Shown here one piece after another: positions 55,101 to 64,000 of a stretch of DNA of 64,000 nucleotides (its first letter is position 1; each line of letters begins with the position of its first letter). The stretch comes from Phoronis australis. Its lineage: Eukaryota; Animalia; Phoronida. Under the pieces are notes generated by a model, which saw nothing but the letters and a program-made list of their open reading frames with translations, was not told where the DNA came from and did no database searches. The DNA is taken from contig NMRA01000198.1 of the NCBI GenBank assembly GCA_002633005.1, forward strand, positions 544,137 to 608,136, in the 5' to 3' direction. The translations under genes and the position numbers were made by a program.

Positions 55101-58100
55101 GTTGGTTGTTACAGGTTGGTTATCTCTTCCTTAGTTTCAAGTTGCATGAGGGAAAATTTGATGTCGTCATTGTGAAATGTTTTCTAAGAGAAAGAGAGTA
55201 GTTAGATTATCCAGATGGTTATAATATAACATAAGGCAGATGTTTCCAAAGTCTTGCTTTAATCTGTTGGAGATCACTATATACAGTTGAAAGCTTATAA
55301 CTAAATCTACAGTGGATTTGAAAAGTTATACATTTGTCGTATGACTGACATTTGTAGGCCGTAGCATAATTTAGTTTCTTGACACCTAAGTCATCATATT
55401 AATGATCAAATATATGCTTTACTTGAGGAGATAGTGTAAAATATAATGCAGTTTTCTAGTAGCGCTAATTTAATGTTTTAACTTTCAGATGTTACAAAAG
55501 ATACATCGCAAAACATGCAAGATACATTTGAAAACGTCAAAAAACTTCTTGGCGAGCCCAGGAATTATGGTGAGTCATACAATATAAAGTAAATCATTCA
55601 TGAGCTGTCAGGCTCATGGGGCTGGCTGCTAACTTCAGTTTCTATAGCATGAGCAAATGTTAGTCTTTCAATTCCCCCCAAACAGGATGCTAGTCCATTG
55701 CAGGTTAACATGCAGCCCTGCCAGGCGGTACTGCCTCAAAAAGGTGATGTTTTCACTATCAGCAGGGGCGGATCCAGGATTTTTAGTTGAGGGGGGGCAG
55801 GGCACGTATTAGCCAGTATTTTGCCAGTCAGACATTTGCACCTCCGAATTGCCAAATGGTATCTGGGAGAGTTTTAGGGGGGCCATGACCCCCCCTCTAA
55901 ATCGGCCACAGATCAGTTCCCAGTTTTCATTCGAAAGGCTGCATTTTCAAACAAAATTCCCTATGAGAGGGTGCATTGTCTGGCGGAAAAGCCTTACAAA
56001 GGGGTGTCTTTTTCCAATTTGTTTCCCTTCAAAAGGCTTTTAATACTCGGGCTCGGTTCATGGCACCTTGTACTGTGTCAATAGATTAGTATACTTCTGA
56101 CTGTATAGAGGCCTGTTGACCAAGGAAACAACGTCTTTGTTTGGAGCAGAGCACTTACTACAATATTGATGATTTTACAGCAATAAACACGCCCCGGCAA
56201 AAATAAATTGATACATCATGGATTAAAACTGGTTTGAATACCTCGTAAAAAGTTCAGTTAGGACCATCATTACAGGAAGAAATGTGATACGATTAGCCAA
56301 AACAGAGGTGCTAGGTTTCCATCATTTGTCTGGTACCTGCTGATGAATGGTTTTCATAACTCTTTGAACCATGCGAGATAATTAGCCTTAACAATGGACT
56401 TGTTAGATATCTGGACTAGTCTTGATTCAGAAACCGCTGCTGTCTTAGGCTACAACCAAATGGAGGTTTTCGTTATGGTTGACTTTTAATGTTCCAAATT
56501 CTACAAAAGATCTTTCCCAATTACACAAAAATGTACACGTTTTATTATTAATTATTTTGAAAACTTAGGCTGCAAAAGATGTACTCACTTTTAACATTTT
56601 CTTCTATTTCAAACTCAGCAGGCATGAAAAATCAGCTGACCAAGAATCTCAACAAAAGTGTCAGATTTAAGGAATTAGCCTATCATAGTGTGTCTGGAAT
56701 ATCGCACTGTGAAAGGGCGACTTATTCATGGAAGTTCACTACAAAAGGGTCCCTGTTGAGTTCACATTCAAAATGAGTTGATATCCTCATTTTCCAGCGG
56801 CAACCCTCTCCACTAATTTCGTGTATGTAATGAATTATTAGATAATACTTAGCTATGGCAATTCACTTCTGAATCAGCTGTTTAAATGACAAATCTTTTA
56901 GGCCCAACACCGGAGGAGCTTGAAGAAATGCGACGGGAAGAAGAAGAGAAGAAACTCCAAAAAGAGGCTGAAGAACGAGCAGAGAAAGAGCGTCAGGAAG
57001 CAGAAGAGACGGCTCTGAGGAAGAACAGACAGGAGGCTTGGGTGGGTGTACTGTAACTATCTTACAATTGTGTTTTGTCATATGTCCTGCCACCAGCAAA
57101 TCGTGCTGCAATGCTGTTTCCAGAGATGAAAGATTTCTGGGTTTGGCAGAGACAGGTCGTTTAGAAGATGTATATCAAAAAGAACTAATATTCAGGAACA
57201 GATGGTGCTTTCATTGTTCACTAATTTTTCATGGTTTCATTGCTAAGTTGCTAAATTGGCAGTTTAGAGGGGTCCAAAAACTTGTCTTAAAATTTTTGAG
57301 TGATTTTGGTCATCTTGTAATTTTTGCATGCCTCACGGTCAACACGCTACTAAATGTAAAATAAGACAACTAGATAATTCTTTACTTTTGCTAAAATTTG
57401 TGAATTCAACACTATTTCAGGTATTTGAAAGTGTGATAGTTAAATTTTGTGAGCTTGCTTTTCCGATTGTTTTGCATAAATCTCTATTTTTGCAGTCGTC
57501 ACGACTCGAGGAAGTGAAGAGAGAAGAATATGAACTGTTGGAGACTCAGTCTATTCCATTGAGGAACTATCTAATGAAACATGTGATGCCAACACTCACT
57601 CAAGCCCTCATTGATTGTTGTAAGACGAGACCCGATGATGGCATTGATTACTTGGTAAGTGTGGGAACATGTAATTAATTTCGTTGTGGATGTGTTCACG
57701 CATCACATCATTCACGGAGCGCATCATCTTAGCTAACATCCCCCCTACACACACACACACACACTAATGGTATCAATTGCATTAAGTGCCAATTTTTTTG
57801 ATTTTGTGTTTTTATGACAAAACGACAGAACAGGATACAGTGACAACTTTGCCACAAATGCTAAATTTGCCAGGCAGTTGCGTTATGGGGCGAAGTTATA
57901 ATCGATATTAAATAATCCTTGTTACAGGCTGTTTTAAATGCCCAATTTTTATATTCGTCAAATAATTTGTTGCCTTCAACTGTATCTAATTAATGACGTC
58001 ACGAGATGTCGATACCTCCTTCTACATCATCAACCGTGGTCTTTCCAAACCTCCTCCCATAATATGTGAACAGTCCAAAAATGTCTTTTGCATATTTTAT

Positions 58101-58822
58101 TTTGCATTTGACTTCTCCCAGTCTCTATTGATTTGTTTCAAGTTAGTAAATCTGATAACCTCAAGGTCATTTAAGGAAACATGTTAACAAAGATTCAATG
58201 CAGCACTCTAAAATTTAATGAAGGTGAAAAACATGAACGACCGTATTTTTTGATTTAGGGAGGCAGCTAACTTATTTCTCATGACAATGTATCCTTAAAG
58301 TTTGCAGATTATGAGCAGGTCATGAATGTTCTTAGTTCAGCAAAAACAGATCTAAGCATTCTAGAAAACTAAGGTCTTCTCACTTATTTGACTCAGCATC
58401 AACCACTTCTGGTAACTCTAACAAGTATCAAAATGTTAACTGCAGTTTTATGCTTCATTGGTCATCTACAGTGAATTTTGCCAATTTCGAAAAAAAGTAA
58501 TTAACAAAATGGACCTCTTCATTTTCAAAAACCTCTAAAATTGTTGTGAATGCCTTCAATACTTCACAGCATGGTATGTTGGTCACAGTGGTGTAAAACG
58601 TAAAAATGACAAATCACTACTAATCCTTCATGAATAAACAAAAAATAAAGTTTCACTTGTGAACCATGTTGTATCTTCTGTTGGCGAGATCTTGATGCAT
58701 TTTCATAGTTCTTCATGTCATTTCACATTTCCCTGTCAAGTTTTAGAGTGTTTCCTGTATTGAATTTGAATTTGTTATTCCAGGCGGAGTACCTTTTCCA
58801 GCACAACCCTCAAGTTGACTAG
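46169..58822 (+). CDS. AK7: Adenylate kinase 7 (ciliary), complete, 15 exons, 703 aa
   Basis: Exons 46169-46246, 47686-47862, 48158-48266, 48818-48912, 49354-49548, 50509-50594, 50989-51157, 51845-51994, 52313-52441, 53309-53552, 54409-54669, 55489-55569, 56902-57041, 57496-57654, 58784-58822; 2112 nt in frame. Motifs: [36 protein letters not shown]-loop [23 protein letters not shown], Glu/Arg coiled coil, and C-terminal Dpy-30 motif [14 protein letters not shown]...[20 protein letters not shown] at 58981. Confidence 0.96.
55600..55735 (-). mobile_element. Degenerate SINE fragment (Nin-domain-like)
   Basis: gtttctatagcatgag...cccccc...ggatgctagtccattgcaggtta resembles the conserved SINE core common in marine invertebrates (from memory, unverified). 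Confidence 0.4.
55763..55911. mobile_element. MITE with CAGGGGCGGATCCAGG-type terminus
   Basis: Left end caggggcggatccaggattt...gggggg; degenerate right end ccccccctctaaatcggccacag. Confidence 0.55.
58175..58294. mobile_element. 120-bp TTAA-flanked MITE-like element
   Basis: TTAA|ggaaacat ... atgtatcc|TTAA: short imperfect TIR with TTAA on both sides. Confidence 0.45.
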
Positions 58823-60534
58823 AAATGGGAATCCACGTGAAATAAGAGAGAAGACATTTCATATTTATAAACGTTTTACTAAATGTGTTAAATAGTGAAT
58901 ATTAAAGTTGTAATGCATTCCCATAGTTGACAAGATGGATAAAGAAGAGTGGTATTGTGCATTTTAATATGATATTCTTTAATAAATGTTTAAATTTTTA
59001 CATTATTAACAATTTTCATGGAATACAATACATAAGCACCATTAAATTCATGTTAATTAAAAGCACTGCAAATGAAACCCTGAATTGTACATACCTGTAA
59101 TGTAGAAAGCTCCCAATTTTCAGTGTGTTACATAACAGCTGCGTCAAAAGTATCAATTCACGAACAAGCAACAAAGTAGACATCTTATATAAAACCAGGG
59201 CTGTAAGTTGCACACACAAGCACGCGAGCGTTCTTAAAATTTAAGGAAGTCGAACTTTATTTGAGGTCTCTGTATATGCAAATGAAAGTACAAATGCCCT
59301 TTAAGTCCTTGAGCTACCCATGGCCTTCCCAAATACACTTAAACAATCAATGTGCTCTGCTGTACAGTATCGATGCCTAGTCCTGATTTTTCAATTTTTC
59401 CCAATGTAATGTCATGGGTGTCGACCCAAACAAATCATAAACAAGTACAATTCCGTGATTATATCAAAGGTCATGGTAGCTGGATTCTTCAAAGAAATGT
59501 CTAGATATGCCCATGAACGCACAAGATATTTTCACAGAAGAGAATCCATGTACACCAGTATCACAGATATTACATGTAAGTATACAATTAAAATAATGAA
59601 CAGAAGAATCTCATAACTATGAATAGTCGGGAAATTACACGCCAGCATTAAGTTTTAACACAAGCTGCATATCAGTACTTGGTCCTAATCTTTCCAAGAG
59701 GGCCTTCAACATATTCACACCACATTCATTCAATTTCATGCACTAGCACCATACCAAGGACAAACAGCAAGTGACAATATTACAATGCTCAGTGTGCCAG
59801 CATACACAGAATTCAAACTCTAGCCTTACATAAGTCACAGACCAACCTTTCACTCTATGCTGACAACAAACATTTCTAGCTGAAAATTAAATTGAAGTCC
59901 TTTCTTCAAAAACTGCACAAGCAGGATTTGAGTGTGGGACCATCTTTGACAAAATAGTCAATAAGTGTTCCTCATAATAGTTACATATTGAGAGAAATAT
60001 AATCATCCCCCAATAGTTAGATTTGTTGAAACAATCTTTCATTAGCCAAAGCTTCACAGTAAGTAACTAACTTTTTCCATATCGCTGTATATAGCTTTAA
60101 CAACAGTAAGTCATATTTCAAAGAAATACAAGCACTTAATTAGCATATTTCTTGCACTTTGCAACAGTAACTGTGGGGCAGCTCTCACAAAATCTCATGG
60201 CTTTCCGGTGACATAACCCGGGTGATAACTCATGACCAGATGATTAAAATACCCATACAAGCACACCAGTCCAGCATAAAATAAATAAACGAAAATAAAT
60301 ACAAAAGCAACAGGACCATTGAAATGCGCCCACGAATGCACCGCAAACGGTGTGCTTCTAGGGGTGTTTATTTGTATCATAAAAATGGCAATGAGATGGG
60401 TTAGAATACATTGAACCCATTCAAAAATGGGAAGGTGTCGTTCGTCGTCTCAAAAATTATTTGCAAAAACATACTAAAATTGTTAAAATGGCTTCGGGGT
60501 GGTGCAGCATACGTCAAATCCACTTGAAAATGAG

Positions 60535-60794
60535 AAGTCGTAAGATTGTTGCTAGTAGGGGCATTTCTCTGGCATGTCCTTATACCATGTTCAAGAGATA
60601 TCTTAGTATCACTCGTATAGATCCTGCAGGTGAAAAATTTCTGTTCAGGCTGCATTACAGGTCTCAAGGGGCATGTGCATTTATTAGCAAACACAAACGT
60701 TCGAGTTACAAAAGGGTTAGAGAGTGTCTGACTGGTAGGTTAAAAGAAGTTGCAGATTTACAGATTTTTCTGCACTCTTTAAGGGTGGGAGGGG
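60535..60794 (+). pseudogene. Tyrosine recombinase fragment of a DIRS/Ngaro-type element
   Basis: SRGISLACPYTMFKRYL...FLFR...ISKHKRSSYKRVRECLTGRLKEVA...FLHSLRVGG contains the CP motif, FLFR and the HSLRxGG box of YR-retroelement recombinases. It is truncated before the GRW and catalytic Tyr. Confidence 0.75.
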
Positions 60795-60799
60795 ATACG

Positions 60800-61576
60800 A
60801 TTCTATACAAACACGATTTTCACACAAGAAAAAACAAGGAATTGAAGATGTGATGGCAAATGTGCAAAAAATTCTCTTATCCGGGTGGCCCGCTTTCTGC
60901 ACACAAAACTCTTCCAATATCTCGTTTACATGGAACACTGATGGAATACCCATTTTCAAAAGTTCAAAATTTTCATTTTATTTAGTGATCAACGAGTTAA
61001 CATATCAAAGTCGAATGTTAAAAGAAAACATGATTCTTTATAGCCTTTGGTCTGGAGAAAAAAATTTGATGAGCTTATTTACCAAGCCATTAATGAATTC
61101 ACTATTAAACCTTGAAAACAATGACATTGAATACTGTGTAAATAAAGTAAAATATCTTACGCGATGATTTCTAGTATGTGCAACAGCAGAACTCCCTGCA
61201 AAAAGTCTTATTGCAAACTACGACTAATTCTATGGTATCCATAGCTGTTTAAGCCGTCTCCATCCTAGAGAAACCTGCAAGACTCGAGCAAGGGGAGCAT
61301 AGGTTTTTCCTTATGATATTGCCGAACCAACCCCAGCATTAAGAACAGGTGATGAATGCATTCACAATGCAATCCAGAATAAAACTGTGACTAATGGTAT
61401 TAAAGGTTCATCATACTTAATGGCAGTGCAGTCTTAACAGTTTTGTGCACTCAACCTCTATTGATGATATGCATGGTGTAGTATTTGGAATAACTGCTTC
61501 CCAAACTGTGGGTTACCGCATCATATTCCAAAGAAACTTTTTTGATTTTGAAACATGCTGGTGTTATTGAAAGTAT
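60800..61576 (+). pseudogene. Decayed CACTA/EnSpm-type transposase
   Basis: Motifs in canonical order: NISFTWNTDGIPIFKSSKFS, YLVINEL, ENMILYSLWSG, TAELPAKS (ADLPAK), VFPY..P..RT, GIKGSSYL, IDDMHGVVFG (IDYMHG). Several stops and frameshifts. Confidence 0.85.
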
Positions 61577-61951
61577 AGTAGTATAGTAAGTCATTTAGGA
61601 CGCCTGTTTTGAGGGTCTCGGTCAAAGGTCATCTATGTGAAAGGTCAAAGGTCACATGTACTAATGGCAATCGGAAGGAACACCATCCACCTACCAGACG
61701 GATGTGTTCACAACTAAGTGGGTAAATGATATGGGTAAGAAAACAATGAAAAAGAGTTCATCACTCGATTTATTACACGATAATCACGTCTAAACTAGTT
61801 CGAATCAATGTTCAGATCAGTACAACGTTAATCAGATATTTGAATTTAGTGTCTCTTGGCAGTTCCATTCACCGTCTGTTGCGCTATGTTACTGCCTCCG
61901 TCTACATCGTCTGCTGGGTCACTTCAAAAGAGTTCTTGGTTGTCGGTCATT

Positions 61952-62320
61952 TCAAAAGAGTTCTTGGCTGTCGGTAGCGTTGTCAGTCCAATTCCGCATT
62001 TCAAACGTGGATTTGTTCTCTGCTCCTTGCGCAGGGTTCAAAACCGGTAGGTTTGGAGGAGCGGTCGTTTTAAGTTTCTTGGTAGGCACACTGGTTTTTT
62101 CTTTAATTTTTTTCAGGTCTTCGTTCACGATCTCAATGAATCCCTTGAGTTTCTCGTATTCACCTTCAGTGAGACAGATTCCAGTCTTTGTCGGGAAAAG
62201 TATGTCCGGTCGAGCATTGTCTTCGTCATAACGTCGAATGTGTACCACTTTACGACCCTTGAAGTCCTGCACGATTACAAATATGTTCCTGCCAAGTGGA
62301 TGCATTTTAGTCTGTTCCAT
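61952..62320 (-). CDS. PC4/SUB1-like ssDNA-binding (transcriptional coactivator p15) domain protein, 122 aa
   Basis: HPLGRNIFVIVQDFKGRKVVHIRRYDE...FPTKTGICLTEGEYEKL matches the PC4 pattern (V.V..FKG....IR.Y...P.K.GI.L...W..L). First ATG at 62320; minus-strand AATAAA at 61769-61774. Confidence 0.8.
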   Translation of the reverse strand: MEQTKMHPLGRNIFVIVQDFKGRKVVHIRRYDEDNARPDILFPTKTGICLTEGEYEKLKGFIEIVNEDLKKIKEKTSVPTKKLKTTAPPNLPVLNPAQGAENKSTFEMRNWTDNATDSQELF

Positions 62321-62583
62321 TCTGGTCTGTTCCGTTCTGTGGAAATATCGTCGAATGGTTTGGAATACGGAGACGTTCAATTTATTGGCGTTTCTACCCG
62401 TTCAAGACACGTTCGGGCACGTTTGGGCAGGCCCAACACGCGACATCACTCGAAATTTAATCTGCAAATATTAACCAATCACGTGTTAGCATTTGAGATC
62501 ACGTGAGTCTAATCGGTGTAGACCGATAGGGTTATTTCAGACACGTTTGGGCAGACCCGACAAACGAAAACTCTCGTTTCGCA

Positions 62584-63247
62584 ATACTTAAATACTGACC
62601 AATCACGCGCTGTTATTTGCGATACGAACCGGTTTAAACCGGTTTTTCGTTCCTGTACTTAAAGGGTTGCGTTTTGTCCATTTCAGCACTTCATACCGTC
62701 TAACACCATAGGTTTGACTGGATCGCTTAAAGGAGCACCTCGACCCAAGGTCAAGATCGTACGTGGGTACACCAGAACGAAGACCAGGACGAATCGGAAA
62801 CCCCGTGACTGCTGACGTGATCAGGTAGGTGAGACTATGGTACCGTTCATCACAGGAAACTCTTGATTTAGTTATACTTAAACGCTGACCAATCACGCGC
62901 TGTTATTTACGATACGAACCGGTTTTGACTTGTTTTTCGTTCGTTATTTAGAGGGTTGCGTTTTGTCTATTGCAGTGCATCAAACCGTCTAACACCGTAG
63001 GTTAAGGTCAAGGTCGTACGTGGGTAAACCAGAACGAAGACCGGGAGGAATTGGAAATCACGTGACTGTTGACGTCATCAGGTAAGTGAGAGTATGGTAC
63101 CGTTTATCATAGGAAACTCGTCTTATAATACTTAAACGCTAGCCGATCACGCGCTGTCATTTGCGATACGAACCGGTGTAGACTTGTTTTTCGTTCGTGT
63201 ATTTAAAGGGTTGCGTTTTGTCTATTTCAGCGAACGACAAACCGTCT
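62584..63247 (+). repeat. Tandem array of ~290/254-bp units plus a partial third unit, carrying promoter and splice motifs
   Basis: Units start with ATACTTAAA at 62584, 62874 and 63128. Shared motifs: CCAATCACGCGC (CCGAT in unit 3), GAACCGGT, TA(C/T)TTA(A/G)AGGGTTGCGTTTTGTCYATT(T/G)CAG, and CAG|GTA(G/A)GT in units 1-2. A diverged partial unit lies at 62410-62583. Confidence 0.9.
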
Positions 63248-63328
63248 GTAGGAGCGGAGATCATCCGAAAACAACAAGTGACCCAATCGAGACGAAAAAG
63301 GCACACGACAGGTTAGTGACTTTACGCA

Positions 63329-63925
63329 ATGTCATCCAACATGACTCGCTTGCTGTTCAACCGCCAACGGGACGGTAAAAATTCCAGAATCAATGACGTG
63401 TTAGAAGAAAAATATAGAGAGAGAGTACTCGACTTATTGCTTCAGTTGGAGCGGTATGGAAGAGATAAACTTTCCCCAAAAATGTACATAATGGTTGAAA
63501 CATACATCGGGGTGTGCAGAAATTATTGCAACCACCACGAGTTGGACGCCTTCTTCTTCCTGTCCTTAGGAGAGTATGTGACGAAAGTGATAAAAGCAAT
63601 AGAAGATCAGAGGCGACAAGCCTATTGGCTTATTCGCGACTGCTCAGAGGCCGTGAACATGATGTACAAACACATCACCGATTCACAAGTGAGTCGGTTG
63701 GCGATTCGTTACCTTAACAATACGTGCAGACATCTCTTTGTCACGGATTTCCGTGATAATGTATTGTTTTTGTTTTGACACTTCGCCCATCAGCTGATTC
63801 ATACTGACCGGAACCAGATGTGTCTCAGCTCAAATGTCCAGCCTTACGTCACAGACAGTTTGTTTACTACAGAGTTCCTTCAACTCCGGAATTGGTTACG
63901 TAACAATCTGCCTTATTTGGTCTAG
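63329..63925 (+). CDS. Orphan protein of the element, probably two exons (63329-63688 + 63794-63925, 163 aa; 149 aa if unspliced)
   Basis: ATG ORF with a CAA|GTGAGT donor in phase 0 and a 105-nt intron with T-tract ending catcag. The second exon is open for 43 codons (LIHTDRNQ...LRNWLRNNLPYLV*). No family recognised. Confidence 0.55.
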
Positions 63926-64000
63926 CTTCCTTGTGACGTCGAATCATTTATAAGAATTGTTTTGTATTATAGTTTAGTCATTTCCTTAGTATTAGCCCAC

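Larger units (their letters stand above)
61577..64000. mobile_element. Probable left end of a Polinton/Maverick (adintovirus-like) element; continues beyond the window
   Basis: Begins AGTAGTATAG...TTTAGGACGCCTGTTTTGAGGGTCTC followed by GGTCAAAGGTCA repeats, a terminus style recalled from invertebrate Polintons. It abruptly truncates the CACTA transposase, is CpG-rich and gene-dense compared with the host introns, and carries a PC4 gene. No pPolB, integrase or capsid gene is inside the window. Confidence 0.6.

Noticed and set aside
60461-61167. Two adjacent ORFs read as an intact recombinase-transposase operon
   Set aside because: Both are fragments lacking catalytic parts, with stops and frameshifts and non-ATG starts.
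62603-62896. 97-aa minus-strand ORF in the tandem array
   Set aside because: It is not reported as open in the sister repeat unit and has a non-ATG start; likely incidental.

Overview
Intron-rich, AT-rich animal genomic DNA; the gene set and repeat types suggest an invertebrate, probably a mollusc or other lophotrochozoan (inference). Three host genes were reconstructed by hand from GT-AG exons with consistent phases. (1) The last three coding exons of a novel-class protein kinase C epsilon (+, 700-2786), followed by an apparently very long 3' UTR. (2) A complete RalGAP beta subunit gene (-, CDS 44806-9605, 29 coding exons, about 1641 aa). (3) A complete adenylate kinase 7 gene (+, 46169-58822, 15 exons, 703 aa), head-to-head with RALGAPB around an E-box/X-box promoter. 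Two RALGAPB exons appear twice, each beside an assembly 'n', most likely as uncollapsed haplotypes. The right end holds nested mobile DNA: a DIRS-type tyrosine recombinase fragment, then a decayed CACTA/EnSpm transposase cut at about 61577 by what looks like the left end of a Polinton/Maverick-type endogenous virus. That element carries a PC4-domain gene, a spliced orphan gene, and a tandem repeat array. Each repeat unit reads as CCAAT/TATA-like promoter + 3' splice site + AUG-free exon + 5' splice site, resembling an adenovirus-style tripartite leader. This array is the most novel signal in the window; the hallmark Polinton genes are not inside the window.
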